A stretch of 50,766 nt of DNA from Thermoanaerobaculia bacterium (GCA_044226625.1 JBGAGQ010000048.1:1-50766); one strand, 5' to 3'. Shown: positions 21,669 through 32,063, numbered from the stretch's first letter. The notes: generated from the letters alone by a model not told the origin. Program-made: numbers and translations.

Positions 21669-22709
21669 ATGACGACCGAGGAATCGGAACCTAAGTCGGG
21701 CCTGGCACCGAGCGCCCCACCGCTGGAGTCGAGGACCTTCCGCGCCGACCGCGGAGACGGTGGGAGGCGTCTCGATTTGGTCCTCGTGCGCCATCTCGCC
21801 GACCGGCCGGACGTCTCGCGAAGCCGGATCCAGCGCTGGATCGAGACGGCCCGGGTTTCGGTCGACGGCGTGCCGGCGGGCAAGCCGGCCGAGCGCGTTC
21901 CTTCTGGGGCGGAGGTGTCGGTTTTGCTCCCTCGCCTTCCCCCGCGACGTCCCACCGAGGGGGAAGAGAGGACCCTCGAGGTGCTGTACGAGGACGAGCA
22001 TTTCCTCGTCCTCGACAAGCCGCCCGGGCTCGTCGTTCATCCCGCTCGCGGGCATGAGCGGGGAACCCTGCTCAACGCCCTCGTCTGGCGTTTTCGCGAG
22101 TCGGGCGAGTCGGGCGATCCCCATCTGGTTCAGCGGCTCGATCGCGGCACCTCGGGACTGCTGCTCGTCGCCAAGCGCCCGGCGATGCACGCCGCGCTCG
22201 CACGCGCCCTGCGCGCCGAGCGGGCGGAGAAGGAATACCTCGCGGTCTGCTACGGTCGGCCGCCCCGCCGCGCGGGATCGATCGAGCTGCGGATCGCCCG
22301 CCACCCCACGGAGCGGGGGCGCCGGATCGCCCACCCCGCGGACTCGCCTGCCGGCCTGCCATGCCTCACGCGCTATGAGGAGTGCGCCGCCGGAGCCGGC
22401 CTCTCGGTCGTACGCGCGATCCTGCGCACCGGCCGGACGCATCAGATCCGGGTCCATCTCCAGGCGCTCGGCACGCCGATCGTCGGCGATCCGCTCTACG
22501 GTCCACCCGGCGGGTGCCGCCTCGCCGATCCGGAGCTCGCCGCGCTCTGTGACGACCTTCCCCGTCAAGCGCTCCACGCGTTCCGGCTCCGCTTCGTCCA
22601 TCCGGTGACCCGGGAGCTGCTGGCGCTCGAAGCGCCGCTGCCAGCGGACCTCGCGGCGCTCGTCGATCGAATCAGCCGCCGGACCGGAGACGAAACGCTT
22701 CACGCGTAG
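21669..22709 (+). CDS. rluD: RluA-family 23S rRNA pseudouridine synthase (RluD-like)
   Basis: S4 domain RLDLVL..SRSRIQRWI, DKPPGLVVHP, catalytic RLDRGTSG, TGRTHQIRVH, IVGDPLYG and RQALHA. Confidence 0.88.
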   Translation: MTTEESEPKSGLAPSAPPLESRTFRADRGDGGRRLDLVLVRHLADRPDVSRSRIQRWIETARVSVDGVPAGKPAERVPSGAEVSVLLPRLPPRRPTEGEERTLEVLYEDEHFLVLDKPPGLVVHPARGHERGTLLNALVWRFRESGESGDPHLVQRLDRGTSGLLLVAKRPAMHAALARALRAERAEKEYLAVCYGRPPRRAGSIELRIARHPTERGRRIAHPADSPAGLPCLTRYEECAAGAGLSVVRAILRTGRTHQIRVHLQALGTPIVGDPLYGPPGGCRLADPELAALCDDLPRQALHAFRLRFVHPVTRELLALEAPLPADLAALVDRISRRTGDETLHA

Positions 22710-22829
22710 GGGCGGAGCTTGCCTCCGCCCGCGGAGGTCGGGCCGAGCAACGCTCGGACGCCTGGTCCGGAGCCTTCCCGCCGCGACGTTGGGTTTCGAG
22801 ATCGAGCGCGCATCGGTCGGAAGCTATGA

Positions 22830-22857
22830 TGAAACCTTTTCCGCTTCGTACCGTTCT
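22830..22857 (+). promoter_or_regulatory. Putative SigW-like ECF promoter upstream of the M48 peptidase
   Basis: TGAAAC-N16-CGTTCT resembles the B. subtilis SigW consensus TGAAAC-N16-CGTA. Confidence 0.5.
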
Positions 22858-22920
22858 GAGAGGCAACCCGCCGGGCACGCGGAGACCGCGCGGCCGGAGG
22901 AATTCGAGGAGGCTTCGGCC

Positions 22921-24261
22921 ATGCGCGCGCCCCGTCTTTTGCTCTTGACCTTTCTGCTGTCGACCCTCGCCCTGCCGGCTTTTGCGGATGGGTCCGCCGC
23001 CTCCGCCGCGCCCGAACCGACTCCCGCCGCCGTTTCCGAGCTGGCCCACTCCGCCGCGCCCGCGGACTTCGACGTCGACGCGGCGACGCGCGCCTATCTC
23101 GCGCGTGTCCCGGCCGCCGACAAGGAGCGATCCGATTCGTATTTCGAAGGGGGATATTGGCTCCAGCTCTGGGGCTTCCTCTACGGCCTCGGTGTCGCTT
23201 GGCTGCTCCTGTCCCAAGGGATCTCCTCGCGCCTGCGCGATGCGGCCGAACGGACGAGCCGTTTCCGGCCGGTCCAGACGTTCCTCTACGCCGCCGGGTA
23301 TTTCATCGCCACCGCCCTGCTCACTCTACCGCTCACGATTTACCAGGAATACTTCCGCGAGCACGCCTACGGCCTCTCGAACATGACGTTCGGCAGTTGG
23401 CTACGCGATGCGGCGGTCGGGCTCGGCCTTTCGGTGGTGTTGGGCGGTCTGTTCGTCGTGCTTCTCTACGGAGTCTTCCGCAAGGCGCCCCGGACCTGGT
23501 GGATCTGGGGGACCGCGGTTTGCGTGGCGGGCCTCGTCTTCATCGCGCTCATCGCGCCGGTGTTCATCGCCCCGCTGTTCAACGAATACAAGCCGCTCGG
23601 CGAGGGGCCGCTCAAGGCGGACATTCTGTCTCTCGCGCGGGCGAACGGAATTCCGGCTGACAACGTCTACGAGGTCGACGCGAGCAAGCAGTCGAAGCGG
23701 GTGAGCGCGAACGTCAGCGGGTTGGGCGCGACTCTCCGCATCACCCTGAACGACAACCTGCTCGCGCGGGTGAAGCCGGACGGCATCCAGGCCGTGATGG
23801 GGCACGAGATGGGACATTACGTCCTAAACCACGTCTACGAGTTCATCCCGATCTTCTCGCTGATCATCCTGGTCGGATTCGGCTTCCTGCGCTGGGGCTT
23901 CGACTGGGCGCTGCGCTGCTACGGCGCGCGCTGGGGCGTCCGCGGCATCTCCGATACGGCCGGGCTGCCGCTGCTCGCCGCGGTCCTCTCGATTTATTTC
24001 TTCGTCCTCACGCCGATCGTCAACACGGCGATCCGCACCAACGAAGCGGAGGCCGACATCTTCGGATTGAACGCGAGCCGCCAGCCCGACGGCTTCGCCG
24101 AGGTCGCTCTGCTGCTTGGCGAATACCGCAAGCTCGCCCCCTCACCGCTTGAAGAGTGGATCTTCTTCGACCATCCCAGCGGCCGGAACCGCATCCACAT
24201 GGCGATGCAGTGGAAGAAAGAGCACCTGAAGGAGCTCGCGGTGGCGCCGGCCGGGCGGTAG
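22921..24261 (+). CDS. M48-family (Ste24/CAAX-like) membrane zinc metalloprotease
   Basis: Multiple TM helices, IAPLFNEYKPL, HEMGH, EAEAD and DHPS; GGAGG SD. Confidence 0.93.
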   Translation: MRAPRLLLLTFLLSTLALPAFADGSAASAAPEPTPAAVSELAHSAAPADFDVDAATRAYLARVPAADKERSDSYFEGGYWLQLWGFLYGLGVAWLLLSQGISSRLRDAAERTSRFRPVQTFLYAAGYFIATALLTLPLTIYQEYFREHAYGLSNMTFGSWLRDAAVGLGLSVVLGGLFVVLLYGVFRKAPRTWWIWGTAVCVAGLVFIALIAPVFIAPLFNEYKPLGEGPLKADILSLARANGIPADNVYEVDASKQSKRVSANVSGLGATLRITLNDNLLARVKPDGIQAVMGHEMGHYVLNHVYEFIPIFSLIILVGFGFLRWGFDWALRCYGARWGVRGISDTAGLPLLAAVLSIYFFVLTPIVNTAIRTNEAEADIFGLNASRQPDGFAEVALLLGEYRKLAPSPLEEWIFFDHPSGRNRIHMAMQWKKEHLKELAVAPAGR

Positions 24262-24296
24262 GGTCCACGGTCTCGGTCCGGAAGAGGCCGTTCGCT

Positions 24297-24722
24297 TTAG
24301 GTCGCCCCGAGAACCTCGGCCGCAAGCCGGTCGAGGTTCTGCTCGTTCGACGGGACGATGATCTTCTCGAGCTTCCGTCCCGTCTCGGCATTGTCGAAGG
24401 CCTGCGACCAAGAGACGAGCGTGCCTCCAGCCGTGGGGGAGAGGCCGATGGTCAGAACGTACTTGGGCTCAGAGAGGTGCCGCACGACCACCTTGCCCGG
24501 CGCTTCGACCTCGGCGAACACGCTCTCGTTCGGATAGGGATGTCCGTTCGGCCCGTGCATCACGAACGACCAGCGACCGCCGGTGCGGAACTCGCAGAGA
24601 GAAAAGGTGTTGGTGAATCCGGCAGGACCCCACCAGCGGGCGAGCCGCTCGGGATCTTCGAAGGCCGCAAAGACCCGCTCGACCGGAGCGGGGATTTCAC
24701 GCGAGGTGGTGTAGGTGGTCAT
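24297..24722 (-). CDS. SRPBCC/AHSA1-like domain protein
   Basis: REIPAPVERVFAAF, LARWWGPAGF, FRTGGRWSFVMHGP and NEQNLDRL. Confidence 0.92.
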   Translation of the reverse strand: MTTYTTSREIPAPVERVFAAFEDPERLARWWGPAGFTNTFSLCEFRTGGRWSFVMHGPNGHPYPNESVFAEVEAPGKVVVRHLSEPKYVLTIGLSPTAGGTLVSWSQAFDNAETGRKLEKIIVPSNEQNLDRLAAEVLGAT

Positions 24723-24823
24723 GGGATTCTCCAAAGAGGTTCGGTTGGTCTTCTCGGACCGGGTGGCGCGTTCGATTCTGCCTCAAGGGAGAAGGTTGGT
24801 CTAAGACACACCCTGTGGAAGTT

Positions 24824-27800
24824 TCAGCACCCGCTCCGCCAAACCTCCCGTCCGTCCGCAAGGACGAAATCGAATTCGAGCCAGATCGGGCAGCGGACGG
24901 GCGCGAGCACCGAGCCGGCGGGAGTCCGTTCGCCTTCGAGGCCGAGGCGGCTCGCGAGAGGGTAGCTCGGCGCGTCGGCGACTTCGAGGAGGTAGGAGCG
25001 GTGGAACAGGCCGCCCGCGTGGAAATCTCCGAGCTTCCTGGCTTCGGCTTCGACGATTGCCTGATAACAGGCGCGGTTCGGCTCGGCGATGTCCCGGAAC
25101 TGTTTCAAGAAGACCATGGGTAGGACACCGGACGCGAGGTCGTCGAAGGAGGCTTTGGCGAGCGACCAGATGGCGTCGCCGAGGCCGATCTTGGCAAAGA
25201 GAGCGGTGAGCTCGGCGAGGGCTCCGACCGGTCCGAGGCCCGCGCTGAGATCGAAGAGCTTTCCGCCGCTTTCGGAGGGCCTCGCCTCGACCAGGCGCTT
25301 TTTCTCGAACCGGTCGGTGTTCGCGGCAATCGCGACCCAGCCGTCGACGGTGTAGGCGCCTTCCCTTTCGGCCGGGAGACCGAGGTTCGCCTCTCCCTTG
25401 GGATAGCCGTAAATCTCGCGTCCCGCGCGACAGGCGAGCTCCGTGTCGACCCAGAGATAGGGGGTAAAAGCGACAATTCGTGCGATGCCGTCCGGTTCGG
25501 TCGCGAACAGGGGGATGAGGAAGCCGAAATCGAGCTCGCGCACGGCGGCGTTCGGCTCCGAAGCTTCGATCGTCGCGTTGTCCTGCGTGTAGAAGAGTGC
25601 GAGCGACAGCAGTGGGCGATAGAGGGTCGGGCCGCCGAGCTGCAGGTGGCGGTCGCACAGCGCCTGGAGGCTCGACCGCTTCGCGGCGACGGGGAAGACC
25701 GCCATCTTCGTCCCGCGGGCGAGGAATGGCGGCGCCGGGGTCTCGTTGAGATCGCGCACGACGTAGAGCGGACGCCGGGCTCGAGTGCTGGTCGATTGGC
25801 CGGCCGCGGCGGACTCGGCCGCGAGCAGGGGGCTCAACCAGTCGCCGGGGATCGGCACGACCGAGCCCGAGATCGCGCGGGCGGCGAGCAAGCCCGACAT
25901 CGTGGCGGCCTCGACGCATCCGGCGTTGATCGGGTTCAAGGTCCAGTCGCCCGCGAGGATCAGGTTCGAATAGCCCGAGCCGTCGGCGGGGAGGCGCGAC
26001 GCCGCGGAGCCGGGTAGCGAAAGGTTGTAGCGATCCGAGAGGTTTTTCGGCGCCTCGAAATGTTGATCGTTCAGGCGCGCGGCGCCGGTCCGGCCGGCGC
26101 GGTCGACGAGCGTCGTCCAATCGAGACCGGACCCTTGCGGGCGGTCCGCGGTACCGGGCCAGAGCCAGCCGGCGTACCGATCGATCCAGCCGCGGGCGTT
26201 CTCGACGATCCGCGCGTGCTGGCGACGGCTGAACCCGATTCCCGCCGAATCTCCCGCGGTGGGTACCGGCTCGACGTCGGGCATTGGCGAGCAGAGATAG
26301 GCGATCGCGCCGACCTCACCCGGCTGCCAGCTCTCGCGCGGGATCAGGTGCGCCATGTCGGTCCAGGTGTCGAACGGTTCTTCGTACGGGATCGAGATCG
26401 AGTTGCCGTAGGTCCAGCCGAGCTGCTCCCGGTTGGGAATCTGCCAAAGTTGCATGGCCTGGGTCCCGACGGTCTTCAACGCGTCGAGCATCCGGCGGAA
26501 ACGCGGATTCGTCGGGTCGGCGACCAGCTCGGCGCAGAGGCCGGGTAAGGCGCCGAGCGAGATGCCGAGCAACACCCTGTCGAAATCCTTTCCCGATTCG
26601 AGGACGAGCGGCGGCAGCGGGTCCGGCCAGCGAGTCCAGGCGTCCTCCAAATTTTCGCCGCTCGCCTGGAGCGCCTCGCCTTGGACCAGCTGCTCGTAGA
26701 GCGGCTGGCTCGGCCAGCAGGGGAGCCCCTGGACGTCGTAGAGCGGCTCGTATCGGCCGCCTCGGACCTCGACCTGACGGCCGATGCGGAGGCGGGCGAT
26801 CTTGCCGCGGGTGGGGTCGAGCTCCAACCGATCGACGCGATGGAAGAACTCGAAACGAACGCCGCGCCGGGATAGCACCTGATAGAGCGGCGCGAAGATC
26901 GTGTCGCCCATCCCCGCCTGCATCTTGTGGAGGACCGCGCCGCGGTAGGTGAACAGCATGCGGAGGGTGTACTGGAGCATCGTCCCCGCGCCGACGTCGT
27001 GCTCCGTGCTGAAGATGCCCGCATACATGCCGTCGATCAGCGCGCAGCGTGCCGTCTCGGGAGCCGCGCCGTGGGCGATCAGCCACTTGCGCAGGTCGAC
27101 GTCGTCAATCTTCCGCCAGTCCTCCGGTGGGTAGACGACCTCGTCCTCGACCAGGCCGAGGATCGTGGTGGTGGCGAAGTCGAGCAGCACCAGCGCGCGG
27201 CGGAGCGAAGGGATGTGCCCGAGGCAGCCGCCGAGCCAGCGGGCGGCGTCGCGCACGACGCGGGTGCGGCGCACCAGGCGCAGCAGTGTCGCGCGGTCCT
27301 CGCGCCGCGCCCGGTCGGGCTGGTCGGCGATCTCCTCTGCGGTCGCTTGCAGCGCCTCGATCACGTCCTTCACCGCCGCGAGGGCAGACGGACGGCCGAA
27401 ACGCCAGAGGCGGTCGATCAGCGCGGGGATCAAGCCGAGATCGGCTCCAGCCAGGCGCAGCGTGAGAAGGGCCGCGAGGTCGGCCGGCGTGCCCGCGACC
27501 ACCTGGTCGTACCAGTCGATCATCGCGGCGAGTAGCGCTTCGACGTAGCCCCAAGGGGTGGGGATCGGACCGCCTTCGCCCAGGCGAGCGTCGTTGGCCG
27601 CGAAGTCCCAGGGCCAGACCGACCATTGACCGTCGTGCTTCTCGGTGAACGTGATCTTGGGGTAGGGCTTCCAGGCGTCGGTGACCCGGGCGAGCGGAGC
27701 GTCGAGCGGGCGGTCGAGCTCCTCGTAGACCTCCTTCATCACGCGGAAGGCGTTGTCGTAGAAGCCGAAGAAGACGTGGATGCCATGCTCCTCGATGCGG

Positions 27801-27982
27801 TCGGCGAGCGCCCGGTTGCGCCCGCTCGCTCCCTTGCCGCCGAGGCGGAAGCCCATCTGGTAGACGGTAATCTCGTAGCGCTCCCGCCAATCGGGCTCGG
27901 AGGTGAGCGTATACACCGCCGCGAGCGAGGCGATCCCGCCGCCTAAGACGGCGATCTTCTCTCGGGGTTCTCGAGTGGTCAT
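24824..27982 (-). CDS. FAD/NAD(P)-binding oxidoreductase (phytoene desaturase/HpnE-like fold) fused to an acetoacetate-decarboxylase-like domain
   Basis: IAVLGGGIAS, RLGGKGASG, EEHGIHVFFGFYDNAF, LILAGDW and GCVEAATMSG; C-terminal AGREIYGYPK and FLKQFRD of the ADC superfamily. Start could be 27994. Confidence 0.82.
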   Translation of the reverse strand: MTTREPREKIAVLGGGIASLAAVYTLTSEPDWRERYEITVYQMGFRLGGKGASGRNRALADRIEEHGIHVFFGFYDNAFRVMKEVYEELDRPLDAPLARVTDAWKPYPKITFTEKHDGQWSVWPWDFAANDARLGEGGPIPTPWGYVEALLAAMIDWYDQVVAGTPADLAALLTLRLAGADLGLIPALIDRLWRFGRPSALAAVKDVIEALQATAEEIADQPDRARREDRATLLRLVRRTRVVRDAARWLGGCLGHIPSLRRALVLLDFATTTILGLVEDEVVYPPEDWRKIDDVDLRKWLIAHGAAPETARCALIDGMYAGIFSTEHDVGAGTMLQYTLRMLFTYRGAVLHKMQAGMGDTIFAPLYQVLSRRGVRFEFFHRVDRLELDPTRGKIARLRIGRQVEVRGGRYEPLYDVQGLPCWPSQPLYEQLVQGEALQASGENLEDAWTRWPDPLPPLVLESGKDFDRVLLGISLGALPGLCAELVADPTNPRFRRMLDALKTVGTQAMQLWQIPNREQLGWTYGNSISIPYEEPFDTWTDMAHLIPRESWQPGEVGAIAYLCSPMPDVEPVPTAGDSAGIGFSRRQHARIVENARGWIDRYAGWLWPGTADRPQGSGLDWTTLVDRAGRTGAARLNDQHFEAPKNLSDRYNLSLPGSAASRLPADGSGYSNLILAGDWTLNPINAGCVEAATMSGLLAARAISGSVVPIPGDWLSPLLAAESAAAGQSTSTRARRPLYVVRDLNETPAPPFLARGTKMAVFPVAAKRSSLQALCDRHLQLGGPTLYRPLLSLALFYTQDNATIEASEPNAAVRELDFGFLIPLFATEPDGIARIVAFTPYLWVDTELACRAGREIYGYPKGEANLGLPAEREGAYTVDGWVAIAANTDRFEKKRLVEARPSESGGKLFDLSAGLGPVGALAELTALFAKIGLGDAIWSLAKASFDDLASGVLPMVFLKQFRDIAEPNRACYQAIVEAEARKLGDFHAGGLFHRSYLLEVADAPSYPLASRLGLEGERTPAGSVLAPVRCPIWLEFDFVLADGREVWRSGC

Positions 27983-28097
27983 GGCGGCTCGCATCCTCCT
28001 GGAGCAGCTCGGATCGGACCCCTGCCGAGCGCTCTTCAGTTTCCGTTCGAAGGCGCGGAGTATGCCATGCGCAAATCGTCATACTCTCCCCCCTCCA

Positions 28098-29294
28098 ATG
28101 CGCCGTCTCTTCTCGATCTACCGCGCCGCGTTCGTCGGCTTGCCGAAGCCGGTCTGGCTGCTCGCGATCGCCGCGTTGATCAACCGCAGCGGCACGATGG
28201 TGTTGCCGTTCGCGACGCTCTATCTGACCAAGGAACTCCGCTGGACGGTGCAGGAAGCGGGGATCGCGCTCTCGTTCTACGGGGCGGGGGCGATGATCGG
28301 GTCGTTCTCGGGCGGCTGGCTCGCCGACCGGATCTCGATGACCTCGGTTCTGGTGGCGAGCCTGGCGTTGAACGGCGTCGGTTTCTTCGCCCTCGAGCAC
28401 CTTGCGTCGCGTCATGCGATCTATTGGTTCCTGATCGCCCTCGGCACGTTCTCGGAGGCGTTCCGGCCGGCGAACGCGACGGCGCTCTCAGCGTTCGCCG
28501 GAGCGGAGAACCGGGTGCGGTCTTTCACGCTCTACCGCCTGGCGATCAACCTCGGCATGAGCATCGGCCCGGTGGTCGGGGGCTTCCTCGCGGAGCGGTC
28601 CTACGCTTGGCTCTTCCGGGTCGACGGCGCAACCTGCCTCGCGGCGGCGGCGATGCTCGCGATCTGGTTCCGCGATCCCGAGCGGCACGAGGGGCACGCC
28701 GCGGCGGCGACGGACGGCGCCTCCGGACGCTCGCCATGGACCGATCGCCCGTTCCTTGCCCTGCTACTGCTCTCGGTTCTGCTCGCGATCGTCTTCTTTC
28801 AGGTCCAGGGGACCTATCCGCTCGCGCTCTCCCAGGTCTACGGCTTCTCGGAGGCCTCGATCGGCCTCGCGCTCGCGGTCAACACGGTCGTGATCGTGCT
28901 GTTCGAAATGGTGCTCGCCCACGCGTTGCGGACGGCGCCGCAGTTGCGCCTGGTGGCCTGGGGCTCTCTCTTGTTCGGCGTCGGGCTCGCGCTGCTGCCG
29001 TTCGGCCGGAGCTTCGCCTACGTGTGCGCGACGATCTTCGTCTGGACGATCGGCGAGATGCTCTCGCTGCCGTTCCTTCAAGGGGTGGTCGCCGAGCGTG
29101 CCGACGCGAAGAACCGCGGCACCTATCTCGGCCTGCTCAGCTTCTCGTTCTCGGTCGCCTACATGAGCGGCCCGCCGATCGGCGCCTGGATCTACGAGCG
29201 CTTCAGCCCCGCGGCGCTTTGGTACGCCTGCGGCGTGGCGGGGCTGGTGCTCTGGGTCGGTTTCGAGGCGCTCGAACGGCGGCTGGCGAGATAG
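28098..29294 (+). CDS. MFS transporter
   Basis: About 12 TM helices, GWLADRI motif A, AINLGMSIGPVVGG and RGTYLG. Confidence 0.93.
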   Translation: MRRLFSIYRAAFVGLPKPVWLLAIAALINRSGTMVLPFATLYLTKELRWTVQEAGIALSFYGAGAMIGSFSGGWLADRISMTSVLVASLALNGVGFFALEHLASRHAIYWFLIALGTFSEAFRPANATALSAFAGAENRVRSFTLYRLAINLGMSIGPVVGGFLAERSYAWLFRVDGATCLAAAAMLAIWFRDPERHEGHAAAATDGASGRSPWTDRPFLALLLLSVLLAIVFFQVQGTYPLALSQVYGFSEASIGLALAVNTVVIVLFEMVLAHALRTAPQLRLVAWGSLLFGVGLALLPFGRSFAYVCATIFVWTIGEMLSLPFLQGVVAERADAKNRGTYLGLLSFSFSVAYMSGPPIGAWIYERFSPAALWYACGVAGLVLWVGFEALERRLAR

Positions 29295-29304
29295 GGCGCG
29301 CCGG

Positions 29305-29808
29305 CTACTCCTCGCCCTCTTCCCGCAGCCGCAGCTTCCGGTACCCCCGGTGCCAATAGATGAGCGGCGGCGATGCGGCGTTCGGTACGTCGCTCGCCTG
29401 GACGAGGCCGAGATAGATGCGGTGGGTCCCGGCGTCGTAGCGAGCCTGGATCGAGCAGTCGAGCCAGGAGAGCGCGTCGAGCAGGACGGGGGCTCCCGTG
29501 GCGGCATTTCCCCAGTCGCCCTGGGCGAAGCGGTCCTCGTCCTTGACCCAGGCGAACCGGTTGGACAGCTCTGACTGTTCCTCCGACAGGATGTTGACGG
29601 CGAAGCTCGCGTCCGCCGCGTTCAGCATCTCGGCCGCGCGGTGGCGCTGGTCGATGATCACGGCAACCAGCGGAGGCTCGGTCGAAACCGAGTTGAACGC
29701 TGAGACCGTGAGACCGTGGGTGCGGTCGCCCGACCGGACGGTGACGATCGTCACGCCAGCGGGGAAATGGGCGAGGGCCTGCCGAAACTGCTCGGAGGTG
29801 ACGGGCAT
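29305..29808 (-). CDS. Flavin reductase family protein
   Basis: FRQALAHFPAGVTIVT, GLTVSAFNSVSTEPP, FAVNIL, AGTH and PLIY..RGY. Confidence 0.95.
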   Translation of the reverse strand: MPVTSEQFRQALAHFPAGVTIVTVRSGDRTHGLTVSAFNSVSTEPPLVAVIIDQRHRAAEMLNAADASFAVNILSEEQSELSNRFAWVKDEDRFAQGDWGNAATGAPVLLDALSWLDCSIQARYDAGTHRIYLGLVQASDVPNAASPPLIYWHRGYRKLRLREEGEE

Positions 29809-29964
29809 GAGATCTCCCAAAGCGCTTTCTTGCGCGGTCGCGAAGATCGTACCAGGCTGAGGTCCGGAGGCGAAAAAGCGTGCCCCTGGCGCGGTTTACA
29901 GAGATTTGAATCTCATCTAGGCTCTCCCGGCCGACGTAAGCATTGTAAGGAGGGGATTCCAACG

Positions 29965-31365
29965 ATGACCATCGAGGGTCGCGCCTGGCTGGCAGCCCTG
30001 CTCGCCATCGCCTGTGCCGCTCCGCCGCTCGTCGCGCAGGGCCGGGCTCCGCAGGGGAGCGCTGAGGCGGCGGCGGAATCCGCCGAGGAGGCCCCCGAGG
30101 CCCCGTCGCTGCGGCCGAAGCTTGAGCTGGGCTTCGAGGCCAAGGCGAACTACCGGCGGAGCGACGAGAACCGCTTCCCGATCCGCACTTTCCTCCCGCC
30201 GGACAAGCAGCGCTTCCTAGAAACGGTCGACGCGGGCTCCCACCTCGAGCTGTCCGACCTCACGCTCTACGCCGATGCGACCTGGAGCGAGCATCTGGTC
30301 GCCCACGCCAAGATCGACTTCATCGATCTCTACGAGCGGAACCCGACCTCGACCGCGGACAAAATCGACGTCGATGAGCTATGGCTTCGGCTCGGCCACG
30401 ATTCGCAGCCGGCGGTGCTCGCGTCGGGGACCGGGGCGTACTTCAAGGTCGGCAAGTTCCCGAAATTCGAGCGCCAGAACGACCGGCACCTCGAGAGCTA
30501 CGGTCTGGTCTCGACCGCCTTCAACCGGATCGAGGACGTGGGCGTCGAGCTGGGGCTCGACCTCGGACGGCACGTCTATCTGAAAGCCTCCTTCACCCAG
30601 GGCAACCCCGTCTTCCTGCGCGACCCGAACGCCCTCGCCGGCGACAACGGGACGCCAGAGTTCCGGAAGGCCGACCCGAACCCCGATCTCAAGAACGGCA
30701 TCGTCATTCCCTATGACGCGGCGACCCAGGACGTCGACGTCGACGGCAACTTGCAGAAGGGGATCGGTGTCGGCCTCCGTTTCGCGAGCGAGGACGGGGC
30801 GAACGGCCTCGACCTGCTCGCCTTCGGCCGGCGACGGACGCTCGCGCCACACGTCGACTTCAAGGGGAGCTTCTACGGCGCCGACCTCGACCTGCTCGAC
30901 GGTCCGGAAGTGCCGTTCCTCACCCGCGCCGACGTGACCTTCCCACTGACCTCCGACCGCAAGCAGGAGGTGGGGGCCAACGTCTGGATCTACCTGGGCG
31001 GCGGCTCGTTCTTCGGCCAGTACGTCGATCAGGATCTCGGCGGCCTCGGTCGGATCGGATACGAGGCGGAGCTTGCCTGGCGATTCGACCTGCCGCTCTT
31101 CGCCTCGCTCGACGGACGGCAGCTATTCCCCTCGATCCAACCGGCGATCCGTTACTCGAAGCTGGATCCCGATTTCCGGCCCGCTCCGCGATCCCCGACG
31201 CCGAGCTTCGCCTGGCAGTGGACCAAGCTCGACCTCGGCGTGCGCATGACGATCGTCGCCGGGCTCGACCTGACGGCCGAATACGCGAAGAACGACTTCA
31301 CGCTCCTCTCCGGGGCGAAGCGCGACAACGACGAGACGCTCGTCACCCTGAGGTGGCGGATTTGA
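29965..31365 (+). CDS. Predicted outer-membrane beta-barrel/porin-like protein
   Basis: Signal peptide; alternating amphipathic strands (IDVDELWLRL, FKVGKFPKF, GYEAELAWRF, LDLTAEY); C-terminal VTLRWRI strand. Confidence 0.7.
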   Translation: MTIEGRAWLAALLAIACAAPPLVAQGRAPQGSAEAAAESAEEAPEAPSLRPKLELGFEAKANYRRSDENRFPIRTFLPPDKQRFLETVDAGSHLELSDLTLYADATWSEHLVAHAKIDFIDLYERNPTSTADKIDVDELWLRLGHDSQPAVLASGTGAYFKVGKFPKFERQNDRHLESYGLVSTAFNRIEDVGVELGLDLGRHVYLKASFTQGNPVFLRDPNALAGDNGTPEFRKADPNPDLKNGIVIPYDAATQDVDVDGNLQKGIGVGLRFASEDGANGLDLLAFGRRRTLAPHVDFKGSFYGADLDLLDGPEVPFLTRADVTFPLTSDRKQEVGANVWIYLGGGSFFGQYVDQDLGGLGRIGYEAELAWRFDLPLFASLDGRQLFPSIQPAIRYSKLDPDFRPAPRSPTPSFAWQWTKLDLGVRMTIVAGLDLTAEYAKNDFTLLSGAKRDNDETLVTLRWRI

Positions 31366-32063
31366 TTTCGAACGTCGCCCTCCGGCGCGGCGCGGGCGGG
31401 TTGCTCCTCGGGCTGGCGCTCGTCGCCGCGCGGAGCGAGGGGGAGGATCTGCGCGGCCGGGTCGAGCTGCTCGCCCGCGGAGGCAAGGGAGCCGCCAAGG
31501 GGAGCGACGTGCGCCAGGCGGTGGTCTTCTTCGAGCCGAAGGAGCCGCGGCCGACCAAGGCTCCCGAAGCGCCGTTCGTGATCTCGACCGAGGACAAGGA
31601 GTTCCGCCCGCGGGTCCTCGCGATCCCGCGCGGCAGCAAGGTCCGGTTTCCGAACGCCGATCCGATCCTGCACAACGTCTTTTCGGTCTCCGGCCCGAAC
31701 AGTTTCGACTTCGGCCTCTACCGCAAGGGAACGGGCCAGACGAAGCGGTTCGACGCGCCCGGGCTGGTGCGCGTGTTCTGTAACGTCCACCATTCGATGG
31801 TGGCCTACATCTGGGTGCTCGCGACCCCCTACTCGACCACGCCCGCGGCGGACGGCAGCTTTTCGCTCACGGGGGTGCCGAAGGGGCCGGGCAAGCTGAC
31901 CGTCTGGCACGAGCAGGCCGAGCCGTGGACGATCGACCTCACCGTGCCCACCCCCGGAACCGTCGCCGCGCGGCTCGAGATCACCCGGCCGCGCATTCCG
32001 CCCCACGTCGACAAGACCGGGCGCTCCTACTTCCGCAACAGCCGTGAAAAATACGGCGGATAA
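31362..32063 (+). CDS. Secreted cupredoxin-like protein ('methylamine utilization protein'-like) with carboxypeptidase-regulatory-like beta domain
   Basis: FRPRVLAIPRGSKVRFPNADPILHNVFS and VFCNVHHSM give His/Cys/His/Met type-1 copper ligands; TTG start overlaps the upstream TGA. Confidence 0.85.
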   Translation: MISNVALRRGAGGLLLGLALVAARSEGEDLRGRVELLARGGKGAAKGSDVRQAVVFFEPKEPRPTKAPEAPFVISTEDKEFRPRVLAIPRGSKVRFPNADPILHNVFSVSGPNSFDFGLYRKGTGQTKRFDAPGLVRVFCNVHHSMVAYIWVLATPYSTTPAADGSFSLTGVPKGPGKLTVWHEQAEPWTIDLTVPTPGTVAARLEITRPRIPPHVDKTGRSYFRNSREKYGG

